Shown: in pieces, positions 51,183 to 63,122 of the stretch
Position numbering within the stretch: the stretch's first letter is position 1
How the letters are laid out: every line of letters starts with the position of its first letter
Origin: Podarcis erhardii
Lineage: Eukaryota
Length of the DNA stretch: 64,000 bases
Reading direction: 5' to 3' (one strand)
Assembly (NCBI GenBank): GCA_964252035.1
Contig: OZ176201.1
Position numbers and translations under genes: made by a program
The notes under the pieces: model-generated
What the model saw: the letters and a program-made list of their open reading frames with translations, nothing else
Database searches by the model: none
What the model was told of the DNA's origin: nothing

Positions 51183-52980
51183 CTCTACTCTGTTGCCCTT
51201 TTCATGTTCCGATCTTTATTGAATTAAGGATTGGTTAAAGATTCTTTAAACTCCAACCTCCCGCCCTCCCCTGAGCTGTGTTACAATCTATTTTATTTTG
51301 TCTTTGCAATGCCTTGTAGGTATCTTCAATTTATGAAACCGATCTTTTTTTGCGCTTCAGTGAATGAAGTCTGAATCAAAATCATTGATATATTGGTATT
51401 GTATCTGAAGTAGTGCTTAATACTGTTCCGTCTTTCATCTCCTTGGCACTGTGTATTTTATTTCTTGAACTGTGGGTGGGATGTGGGAAGCCATGTCCTT
51501 TTAAGCACGGATTCTACTTCCTTTAATTGTCAGGCCCACTTCCTTCTATCTGCTTTCCAACCAGTTCCTGTGGTATAGATCATCCTTGTTCATGTCTGAC
51601 TACATATTGCTATTCATATATTACAAACAGGAGGAGGATGCCATTAAGAGTCAGTTCATCCATTTGTCTTCCACATGTATGGTTACCAAGCTCTTTGATT
51701 TTGTAGGGGAAGTGAACTCATCTTAGGATAAAGTTTGCAGGAAATACCCTATAATCAGTTTAGAAGGCAGCTTTCATTTTCTTGGAACTCTTTTTGGTAA
51801 CCCATGTGTTGCACAAGAAGCCTTCAAGTGAGGGCTGAATTTTTTTGTTCTCATCTCTTTTTGTATGAATAAGAAAACCAGTAAACCCACTGCCACTTAA
51901 CACTGTGTTAACGGTTTTGAATGGAGGAGGCAATCAATCATAGGAACTAGATGTGAACTAGCAATTATAGAAGCCTTGGAAACAGATCTGGAGCTTGGTC
52001 TCACTTAGTTTTTCACCACTGTCAATCTGAAGCAGCGCCATTGGACATTCCAGAGCTGATTTTGTTGGTCTTTCATTAAATAAGTTATTACTTTTTACAG
52101 AACATGTGCAACATTGCTATTAAAATTGATTTTTTTCAAATGTATGCAGCCGTGGGATGTATTATTAAGTTCATAATATGAAGTATTTAAAAGCCCTCAA
52201 GTGATCAATACAAATAAGTGCTTTATAACTAGAGAGACCCGAGGTCTCATTGACTGCAATATTTGCCTTCATGGGGGCGCAGAAGCATAATTCGAGGAAA
52301 ATGTTCTGCTGTATTAGAATTAAAAATCCATGCAGATCTCTCTGGGACAGCACTTGAGGAGCTAGTAATGATTCAGTTACTGCTGGAAAATCCATTAGGA
52401 TTACCACTTCTGATGTAGTGGATGTTCTTACAAAGAATGATAGAAAAAATGACAAAGCCAGATTTGTTGATTTTCCGATCATTTTACTTTGCCTGTGGTT
52501 GCGATCCTATTACAGACGTAATCCTACTAAAAAGCACCATTGAACTCAGTTTGATAGAATTGTGTTGTAACGTAAGGAAAAGGGCCTTTTCAGTTGTGGC
52601 ATTCCTTCCCTAGAGAAGCCCAGCTAGTGCAATCACTACTGTTCTTTGAGAAAACAGTGAAAACAGGTTTAGATAATTCTCTACGTTCATTTAATCCTAC
52701 TCCAGGGCCCCCAGTACAGGAGCAATGCTTCTTTGGGAGCATTGGGGAGGTATGTAAGTTGCTGCTTTCCCTGCCCCTATCTGCTGGTAAGCCCCCCTCA
52801 TACACACACAGGTATAGGGCTATATAGGGGCAGCACTGGGGGCACTTTGCCCAGAACCTCCTCAAAGCCTGGAGCCAGTTATGCATTCGGACTTGAGAGG
52901 ATTTTAGGAACCAAATAGCCTCATAATCAGAGTTGTGTCAGAACAGTCCTGTGATAGGAGAGCTTTAATGCAGAGGTTGT

Positions 52981-53028
52981 GTGTGTATGTGTGTGTGTGT
53001 GTGCGCACACACACACACACACACACAC
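52981..53028. repeat. (TG)n-GCGC-(CA)n compound microsatellite
   Basis: Direct read; self-complementary about 53004/53005. Confidence 0.95.
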
Positions 53029-54971
53029 TGATTATAAAGTGACTTCTAAAAACATTTTGCCATCATTTTAAATTTAAGAAATAATTGATGTTGGTGGGTG
53101 GCATAAAGGGTGCTAATTGGTTCCTGTAAATCTTTTAAGTGCATTAGCGGGATGTGCTCATAATGAAATATCTAGGAGCTTCATAGCGCACGCTTGGCTC
53201 ATCTGCTAGCTGTATTTTGTTTCATTTATGGAGAAGGGTTTCTGTGGCACTCATCACTGTATCACCTGAGCATCTTAATGCACCACTTTAAAAAGAAGCA
53301 AGCAAGCATTGTGTTGTTCCTTTTATTCCTCTTACGAAGGAAGCAAAATCAGAGGTAAATATTTAGAAAGGAAGGAAGCATGGAAGGGTCCCATCTATTT
53401 CTAAATTAACCCTTTGACGTTCATGGGATATATCCAGAGCTGGTGATTTGTCAACAAGTTCACCTCCTGATCCTAACAGAAAGCAAGTTTGAGTGATTTC
53501 AGAGGAAAGCACTTGCATGTACTTAAACAGAGATCCCCACCAACATTGAAGTTCGGTCATCAGTATTTTTGATTTAGGACTTGTGAGTTCAGAAAGCACT
53601 GGAAAATGTGATTTTAATGAACTTATATGCTAAGAAGGTTTTAAAAAATATACCCTTTCCAGCTCAGAATTTCCTGACCCCATCATACTGTAGCCAGATT
53701 GCATGATTTATCTTTTGACAGAACTGTGCCTCTAATTTCCATTGGAATATTTGAAATGATTTGGTATCATTGTCATTGAACAATCAGAGCACACCAGGAC
53801 AAAAATCATATGTGCCCAAAATCCAAAGGAAGGGTTTGGGGGATTAAGGGAGAGAACCAGCCCTATTTATTTCTCATGCTTTGAAATCCCAGTTCACATT
53901 CTGATAGTTTTAATAGTTTTTATTCTTGCAGCATCCCTGTGGGGTAGGTAAAAGGCATTTTCAAACTAAAGCAGACAGATTTTAAGTGCCTTTCTTAAAG
54001 CTATATACAGAAAGAACATTATTGTTGTTGTTGCTATTGTTATTATTTATTAAATTTATATACCACCCTTTATTTACAGCATAAGAATACCAAATAACAA
54101 CACAAAATATGTAACGACAACTAAAGAAAACCAATAATCCCCCTCCCACAAACACGTATAAAAGGTCATAAATTTAAAGTAAGATAAACATTTAGTGCAT
54201 AAGAAATACTGCCTCTGTTCTGAAATCTGCCTCATGCTGCGTTTAAAAAAAAGGATGCCCACATGCTTACTGCTGAAATTTGCCAAAAGAGTAAAAGAAA
54301 AAAGAAAACAAATAGGCGGTAGAGTTTCTTCCTGTTAAAATTGTAGGATTGCAGCTATATTTATTATATCTCAGTATCTAAGAGTGGTTATATATGTTAT
54401 ACATATTAGTATGCATGCATGTGTGTGTGTGCGTGCACACACGCACACACAATTAGATTTGTGCTGTTGGGAATCAACTAATGGCACAGCCAGTGGCCTT
54501 AAAATTGTTGCTCATGAACAATTTTATCATCCTCTCCAATATACTCTGCAGGGCGAAAGGAGTTCTGGTTTCAGTAAATTGATTTCAGTTGAAGTGCAGT
54601 TTAGCTGGAAATAAGTCTCAGTTATTGCACAAGGTGGTTCATCTGTTAATATTTCTCTCTGGCTTATTAAGCAATTCATTATCAGAACACTTCAAAAGTA
54701 GAAAAATGTGTATTTAATGGGAAACTGTTGATCCTCTTGCCATGGGACTAATATGAGCATGCCAAACCACCACACCTCTACCACATAACATCATTATGAA
54801 GACGTGGTTGATGAGAGTCCAAAGAAAGAGAATTCTCAATGGGATGATTGGAGCCTCACCCTTGCCCGATGCTAATCTCAGTGGAGAGATTGCATTGGCA
54901 ATGCAAAGTGGGATCCTTTTTTAATAGTGTTTTGTAGTACTGCCCTGGGGGTAGAAATACTGAAGGACAGG

Positions 54972-56507
54972 GTGCTGGAAAAAAACTTAACGACGGGGGG
55001 AAAAGATAGTTTCCAAAGGGAAACTGGTTTGGAAATAACAAAAAAAGTGAAATATCTGGGGGTGAATTTAACATCTAAGAATGTGAATTTATTTAAAGAT
55101 AATTATGAGAAATGTTGGTCGGAAGTTAAGAAAGATCTTGACATATGGTCTAGGTTGAGGCTCTCCTTGTTAGGCCGAATTGCTGTTATCAAGATGAATG
55201 TATTGCCGAGATTGTTGTTTTTATTTCAGACATTACAAATTCTGGATAGGATGGACTGTTTCAAGAAGTGGCAGAAAGATATATCCAAATTTGTCTGGCA
55301 GGGCAAAAAGCCCAGAATAAAATTTAAGATTTTGACTGATGCAAAAGATAGGGGGGGTTTTGCTCTGCCGGACTTAAGACTTTACTATGAAGCAGCAGCT
55401 TTCTGCTGGTTGAAGCAATGGCTACTTCTTGAGGATACAGACATTTTAGACCTGGAAGGGTATGATAATAATTTTGGCTGGCATGCATATTTATGGTATG
55501 ACAAGGCAAAGGTTTATAAAGGCTTTAAAAATCATATTGTCAGGAAAGCTTTGTATAATGTTTGGAATCGATATAAGGATTTGTTGGAAAGTAAAACACC
55601 CAGATGGTTGTCACCAATGGAAGCTAGAGCGGTGAAAAAACTTAACATGGACTCTAATTGGCCAAAATATTGTGAAATTATAGAATATGATGGTGAAAAG
55701 GTTAAATTACAGAGCTTTGAGAAACTAAAATCCAAGGTTCGAGACTGGTTACATTATTATCAGATAAATGAGACTTTTAAGCAGGACAGGAAACTAGGAT
55801 TTCAGAAGGAGAGGTCAAAATTGGAAACAGAATTGTTAGAGACCAATACTAAGAATCTGTCTAAAATGTATAACTTGTTGCTGAAATGGAATACACAGGA
55901 TGAAACGGTTAAATCAGCTATGATCAAATGGGCACAAGACTTAGGTCATGATATTATGTTTGCTGACTGGGAACAGTTATGGACCACAGGCCTTAAATTT
56001 ACGGCATGTAGTGCCTTGAAAGAAAACATAATGAAAATGATCTATAGGTGGTACATGACCCCAGTCAAGCTTGCAAAGATATACCATTTGCCCAATAATA
56101 AATGCTGGAAATGTAACGAATGTGAAGGAACTTTCTACCACCTTTGGTGGACCTGCCCAAAGATTAAGGCCTACTGGGAAATGATCTATAATGAAATTAA
56201 GAAAATCCTTAAGTGGACATTTGCAAAGAAACCGGAGGCTTTTCTCTTGGGCATGGTCGGCCAATTGGTACCAAAGAAAGATAGGACATTTTTTATGTAT
56301 GCAACTACAGCAGCAAGAATCCTTTTGGCAAAGTATTGGAAGATGCAAGAATTACCTACTCTGGAAGAATGGCAGACGAAGGTGACTGAATTTATGGGAC
56401 TGGCAGAGATGACCGGCAGAATCCGTGATCAGAGGAGAGAGACAGTGGAAGAGGACTGGAAAAAATTCAAAATATATCTTAAGAACTGCTGTAAAATTTC
56501 AGACTGA
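54972..56507 (+). pseudogene. L1 ORF2 C-terminal fragment (511 aa, uninterrupted): end of RT (KYLG), DUF1891-like region, CCHC motif CWKC...GTFYHLWWTC
   Basis: Stop-free frame with L1 ORF2 hallmarks (VKYLGVNL; LSLLGRIAVIKMNVLPRLLFLFQ; GGFALPDLRLYY). The ORF-track start at 54927 is a TTG in flanking DNA, not a real start. Confidence 0.93.
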
Positions 56508-56726
56508 TAAAATGTCAAGGGGTAAGAAACAGAGAATTACAGCTGTAAATGCTTAAGTTAAGAAAACCTGAGGGAAGTTAAATATAAAAATGGAATGAAG
56601 GATTGCTAAAAAATTGGAAACAAGGGTGCAGTGAAGGGGAGGTATGGGGAAGTCATGTGTTGTTTGTGTATGTCTTTTTGTGTGTTTTTGTTTATGAAAA
56701 TTAATAAAAATTATTTTTTTAAAAAA
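54972..56726 (+). mobile_element. Young 5'-truncated L1-clade LINE (1755 bp)
   Basis: Perfect 19-bp TSD AGAAATACTGAAGGACAGG (54953-71, 56727-45); ORF2 fragment; AATAAA at 56703-08; short A tail. Confidence 0.96.
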
Positions 56727-57209
56727 AGAAATACTGAAGGACAGGATATATAAATATAATTACAAACCAACCAACCAAATAAATAAATAAACGGAAAAGT
56801 TCTGTTTGTAAGTTTTGAATTTATGACTACTTATTTTAGACCGTTGTGAGGTTTTGACACATTTCATTGCCTTTTGCTGTCTATGAAAAACACTAGAGTT
56901 GACAACCTTCTTGCTGGCTTTGCTCCTGTACCTGTATTTTTGCCCTAAAGCAGGACTGGCAGAAATTAAGCATTTGACACTTTCCTCCGAACATAGATCT
57001 GATGGGAAGCATCACCTGTTCTATTTCTACCTGTCATGCAGTTTTTAGGTGCAGCAGTCCCTCCTCTTAAAAAAGTTGGCAATTAGGAAACATCCATCAA
57101 GCAGTATTTATATCCATCATAACTCATTTTACATAAGGAGGGCTATAAATAGATAGCTTCCATTCCATAGTGGTTGAACCACGGCTTTCCCAGGCCTGTT
57201 TTTATGTAG

Positions 57210-57545
57210 CAGGTCCCCGCTATCAGAATGCTCATTATCCAAAATCTCAGTTATCCAAACACAAAGAATTATACCCAAACCTCGCTACACAAATGGCTGA
57301 TTCAGCCATTTTCTTACTTGTTCAGCCACTTTCTTACTTGTTTATGTTTTGCTGGTTGGCGGCAGCCATTTTAAGCAGAAAGCATGGAGGGAGGACGAGA
57401 GATCGGACAAATTGGAGAGCTGGAGAGATCGGACACAGCCTCCCCCCCTTGTTTGACTTCTTCTGATTGGTTGCAGCAGTTTCAGTCAGAAAGCAGGGAG
57501 GGAGGAAGAACCAACAAATCACGAATTGGATATGTCCCCACAGGA
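57210..57545. mobile_element. Possible old Tigger-like relic
   Basis: Left end 'caggtccccgctatcagaatgctcattatccaaaatctcagttatccaaac' has the repeated TTATCC subterminal pattern of Tigger MITEs; the right end 'aattggatatgtcccc' matches only weakly. Confidence 0.35.
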
Positions 57546-58600
57546 AATAATGAAAGCCATCAACTTATTATGCAAACACTCGCTTAACAAACAATTTCCT
57601 GGGATATTGAAAAGCAGGACCTGCGTGTGCTTTTGAATTCGTTTGTGTTAGTCTAATTACATAGTCCCTTAGCACTGTGTCTGGGATTGCTATAGTGATT
57701 CCAGCTCTCTTTCAAGGGGCTGCTTGCATATTACATTTCCCCTGCTGCTCTAGAGTGAAAAGCACTGAACTGTCTAGAAATGGTGCTGGCTCTGCATTTT
57801 CTCTTTCTCTTATGCCTGTGACATAAGTGAAGAACAAGATACTTGATGGCCAAGAGAGCTCCTCTGTTGAGCACTGTCAAAAGCCAATAGTTCCACTCAG
57901 TAGGTTTTGTTTTTTTTTAAAGAAAACTTTATGAATAGCAATAACTTTATATGATGCTGAGGAAGATAAATGGAGCATAAATGGAAAAAGAACTTTACCC
58001 TCAGGCCTCGTCGTTTAGCGATTCATAAGCCATTAATCGCCTCATACCCATCAAGTACATTTGTCACTTGAATAGGCTCCGGGGTACTTGTGAGTGGAGC
58101 TTGGCAAACTAATTACAGTGCTAATGTAATTACACATAAATGGAATGCAAGTGTATGTGTGTAAGAGACAAGAGAAGGAGATTGGCCGTATAACCAATGA
58201 GCGTTCCCGTTCATGCAGGCATCGCATATAATTCTTCCTTACTGTTTAAAAGCCCCAGTGGAGCTCCAGTCTTCTGCTCACCTTCAGAACTAAGCGAAGC
58301 CAGCCAGGAGATGGAAGAGGTTTTTCAGCAACTCTGTCCCATTTCTTGTGGGTTCAGCTGGCAGTATCACTAACAATGAAAAATTTACAGTCTTCACTGG
58401 CCAGAGGGAAAAGGCTGTAACAGAAGGCGTAGGGTAAGGATACAGTTGCAGGCATAAGAAGTTTGTTTCCACTTTGAATTAAATAGGCACTCTCTCAGTG
58501 CTTTTGTCAACTCTGGCTTGGTGTTACATTACTTTTGAAAACCCTCTCTGTACCTTCTTCAACTTTGTCCTGCTTTATGAAAGAAGAACAGTTCGGACCC

Positions 58601-59916
58601 AATGCTAAGCTATAGTTTGTTTAAACCACAGTTTGTGAAGAAGTAGGGTTCCACTCACAGACAAACAAAGGAACAGTGGTTTATTTCATTTGAGGTTGGT
58701 TTCTTGTCCCCCTGCCTCTTTTTAGCATTTCAGGCCTGGCTTCTGTTACGAGTTTTTATTGGGAGTAGTGACTTTCTTATTTCTTTTTATACAAGTGTTC
58801 ATCTTCCTGTTTAACTGGTGAGCTGAACGATGCAACCTCTGTAGGCCTACTTCTTCAGAGAGGTGGCTAAATACTACTAGATTATAGTACATTCTCTGGA
58901 ATTCCATTTGCATCTCCTGTCTATTCCACAGGTTGACAAAGATCCTTACCTCTTCCTTGTTCCAGTCTCTGACTGCATGTATGTGGGGTGCCAATTGCTG
59001 TGAAATCCTTGTATCCTTAGCAGCAGCAGAGGGAGTCTATGAGAGAAAGTCTTGTCTGCCGTAGCTGTGGCAGTGACCTCTCTGTGTGTTTTAGGTCCCA
59101 AGAATACCAATTTAGATTACACATATTAAGAAGTTTATTCACCTTCCAAGGAAACATGAAGAAGTACCAGGTGTGTGTATGGGTTTTTTTATTGTCCTTT
59201 ACTGGACAGTATCTGTCACATGCTCTTCATAGCCTTGATACCTAGGTCCAGCATGACTGCCTCAAGGGAGCATGCATGCTTGGGTCCATGGAAATGGCTT
59301 TCTGGAGTCACTCTTCGGTCAACAATGTACTAAGTACAGAGGATTCGCAAATGTGGCTTTCCCAGAAGCAGAGCTGCAAAAAGCACTTGAGTGTGGAGGA
59401 GCAAAGGTTGGCGTTGTCTGCTTCCTTCATGTGGGTTTTTGCATTGGTTTTTAAAATTGGATAAGTTGCCAAGAGCAAAATTATGCTTTTATTATGCGTT
59501 CGTGGATAGATGTTAGGAAAATGGCCCGACGTTTTTCTCAGGTTTTTTCTTCCCACAAGCGTGCTGCAGAGCTAGGCTGGAGAGAGAGGGCTAGTCAGCA
59601 AGGAGGTTTGTGGAGGAAGAAGCCTGCTGTCAGGTAGAGTGAGGACAAGGTGCAGAAAACGTTGTCCCATACCTCTGTAACCATGCAAAGTGAATGGCTG
59701 GGATGGAGATTTGGGGGGAAAACTAGGATGAAGTCAAGATAGTCTGATCAGATATGACACCACACCATGGTTAATGCAAGTCAGGATTGCCATGGTTTCA
59801 GATTATGGTTTGTTGGCTCCTAATAAACCATACAAATCATAGCTAATTCGTTGGGAAGTGAGTTGAGATGTGGAAATAAAACCACAGTTAAGCTAAACAA
59901 ACCATGGCTTAGCATT
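58601..59916. mobile_element. Probable old PIF/Harbinger derivative
   Basis: 23-bp inverted repeat AATGCTAAGC(T/C)AT(A/G)GTTTGTTTA at 58601-23 and 59894-916 (21/23); multiple AAACCA(C/T)(A/G)GTT subterminal motifs; encloses a Myb/SANT-like ORF. Confidence 0.65.
58746..58994 (-). pseudogene. Myb/SANT-like (trihelix, Myb_DNA-bind_4 type) ORF relic, Harbinger DNA-binding protein-like
   Basis: W-x3-E-x6-LW-x4-MQ...N-x2-VF-x2-LSE...RS-x2-Q-x3-K pattern (WNKEEVRIFVNLWNRQEMQMEFQRMYYNLVVFSHLSEEVGLQRLHRSAHQLNRKM). It starts at TTG, with no ATG. Confidence 0.65.
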
Positions 59917-62761
59917 AACTTGAAACAGATTCATAGCAAAGGCACTGCCATAATTGCTGTTCTATACTGGCTGTACCTCAGATTTAATGTATGGGCATTA
60001 AGAAAAATGTGGTCACTTACGGTAGACTATTTGTTGTCATCCACCTTAGTTTACCTGTTAGACTGCATAAAAGAAAAGAAAAGGCAGGAATCATGCAAAC
60101 TAGGGCTTCCAAATATTGAAACTTGTTTGGTTGACTGGCTTTGAATTACTTAACAGTCGGTTGACATAGAAATAATTGGTTTACATTGAAATAAATACAA
60201 GTTTTTTCTCAGCACAGGTGTCATTTAGGTTATTTGTAGAATGGAAGTGCTGATTTCTCATTTAATAGCACAGCAGAATAATTTGTTTAGACAGACCTTG
60301 CTTCAACTTGAATGGATTGTTCAGTTAATGCTTTCAGTCCTATGAAAGAATACTTCCAATAATATATAAACAAAGAATCCTCAAGCTAGCTAGCTTTGTC
60401 ACATCTGGACTGCAATACACACTCAAGTTCTGTAGCAGTGAACAACAAGTAGAAAGGCACTTGTTTCCCAAAACATAACTGGATCCTGAAATGGTTGATG
60501 AACTGACTTGTTCTTCTCCAGCTCATGGAAAGCATTCCAGTAGCTTCAGGGCTAGGGTCCTCCTCCCCCCATTTTCCAGAGGCACGGCCCTTCAACTTTT
60601 GTTGATCCAGAAGGGGATAGATCTCCCTCCGTGTTCCCATGTCAGAGCTGCCTAATGTCAGAAATACAGTCTTGTCAGAGCTCCAGAGAAATTTGACAGT
60701 CCTCCCCAAAAGGATAGCTTTGATCTTTTACCCAGCCTGTCATGAATTAGGCAGGGCAAGTGCAAGTGAAATGGAACATTAGTCCATTCGGTACCTCTTT
60801 GCTCCCTCTCACAACTGGGTGGTGGGAGTGCACAACAGTGTCTGCAGGTTCTGTGGGTGGAATGAGCATCTGGGGGCAGAAAGGTAAGGATAGGAAAGGG
60901 ATTGCAGCCTACACAACAGAGGTATTTTGGTGCAGAACACTCCGTTTTCTCTTCTCACTGCCATCCCCTCCACATCATTGCTCAGCAATGGCATGATATA
61001 AGCTCTGCTCCTTTGGTTGGGGGGGGGGGGGAGCAGCCTGATCAAAGGGGCCTTCCCCAGCCATTCCTTACCCTGGTCTTCACTCAAACAAGAAGGGAAA
61101 AGGGAATAGAAGCAGCTCCCCAGGAAGAGGCAGCGAGAGAGAGGCACCACAAGAGCTACAACAGGTTTTCTAGCATTGTGATCCTACTCAGTCCTCAGAG
61201 AAAAGGCATGTGTTGTGGTCAGAAACCTTCCAGGATTTGATTATCTAAATGCACATAGCTTCTCCTTCCTTGACTCAGGATCTTGATTAGTGAAAAGGCT
61301 TACCATTTTAAAGGGTGCTGATATGCATACTCAAGCTCTCGCTGGACAATGCTTCTTTATACTGCCATCTTCAGTATAAGCCAGTAGCTATAAAACCCCT
61401 CTCAAAAAGTTGTCTGTGTGTACTGTGCCATGAAGCAGTATATACTAAGGCTGTGTACCAGCCACAAGATTCAACCTGTACCTGTAGCTTTGGGAAAGAA
61501 CTCATCTGTTTTAGCAACTTTTATGTCTTTTCAGCTCAACACATTATTTGAGACCAGATAGATCTGTTAGAAAAACGAATCTGTTGCTTTCTTTCCATTC
61601 ACTACAATGGGGAATATAAACAGGGATATAACTTTTTTAGTTTTACAGAGGTGCATGAAGATTGCAGACATAAGAGCCTCTCCAGAATGGATTAAGCCAG
61701 CAAAATTGTAGACAACTGATTTTTTTTTTTTTAATGGGGTTTCTGTTCCCCATAACATATTTTTGCAGATACAGAAAGAGAGAGCTTTCTATCAACTATG
61801 CTTCACTTTTCCTTTTTTCTTTTTTTTAAAAGGCCACCCAGGTCTACCTGGGACTTTAGGAAGTTCCTGATCCATTGCTTTGTTAATGGCAGAATCCAAC
61901 TACAAACTATGAAAACCTCACCCAAATCACCCCTATTTGCCTTATAATTTGGGAAGTACACAGAGTCAATGTGTGCTTCCTATTATATATCAAATTTAGA
62001 TTCTGAAAGCATCCTGTAGTCATCCATGAGGTTTGCCAACAGCAAAACTGGTACTGTTAGGTTTCTCTGCATGTTCTAGCGTAACTATTCTAGCGTTTGA
62101 AAGCCCTAGTAGGGAATTGTGTTGTCTGGCTGGCTGAATCCCAGACTGACATAGACATGCGAGATGCCAATCCAGATCCGTGCCTAAACTTGTCAGGCCA
62201 AGGAAAACAGCATGAAAATGGATGGCTCTTTGAGACGCTCTTTATGTTGCCCAGGTGTCCAAGCACATTGCAGATCTGCATGTTTTCTGAGCCAATTACT
62301 CCCTGCCAAAATCCAGATAGTGGTATCTGAATAAATTGTTCAAATCGCATACACCTTATTCTCTCTACAATGTTTAACTGTCCCTTCTCCCTCTCTCTTT
62401 TAATATTGTGCCTATCCTTGGTCTTCTGCACAGCTGTTAACACAAAACTGCTCAGATTTCTGTATTATTTTTCATAATTTATTCTGTGTACAACCTTAAG
62501 TTTTTCAAAGAATTTAGTGTGCTTGACAAGAGGTGGGGAAACAGAAATGAGTAAAGAGAGAGAAAGGACTGGATACTGAGACCTAAACGCTTGTGAAGGG
62601 GTGTGTACTGGGAATAGCTACAGGGCAAAGAGAAAAGAGAACCAAAGTCCCAGCTCTCAATCACTGGCAGTGCTTCACCCAATGCTACAAAAAACCAGCT
62701 TCTTTCTACTTAATAGCTTTAACTAGGAAGTAACTACATGTACCATAATCATACCCTAGAT

Positions 62762-62990
62762 CAGTAGCTCCCAACCTTTTTTGGCCATGCCCCACCTAAG
62801 CATCTCTAAAATCCTGATGCCCTCCCTCTGTGAGATATAATTCTTATTATTTAAAAAGTGAACTCCTATTCACGTGGAGGAAGCCTAAAATGAGTTATTA
62901 ACTATTAATAACTCATTCTCGAATTCCCACCCCCTTAAAAATCAAATTGCCCCGCCCTGTGGGGCGTGTACCCCACATTGAGAACCATGG
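62762..62990. mobile_element. hAT-Charlie-like MITE
   Basis: Ends CAGTAGCTCCCAAC / CATTGAGAACCATGG; flanks CCCTAGAT / TCCTAGAC (Charlie-like xxCTAGAx target); internal 13-bp palindrome at 62889-62917. Confidence 0.7.
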
Positions 62991-63122
62991 TCCTAGACCC
63001 AAGCCCGGGAGGGGGTGACATTTCAGGGTCAGGACATCCTGGACTGCAGGCCCATTACCATGAAGAAGAATAAAAGAGGCTAAATTGCCAGACTTAATTG
63101 TCTGTAACTATATGGGGTATCT

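Noticed and set aside
51195-51720. Possible reversed LINE coding relic
   Set aside because: The composition is suggestive, but I could not recover a recognisable motif by manual translation.
54927-54971. N-terminus of the 526-aa ORF as a host-L1 fusion gene
   Set aside because: It is a TTG start in flanking DNA/TSD with a fortuitous in-frame junction, and no promoter or ATG evidence.
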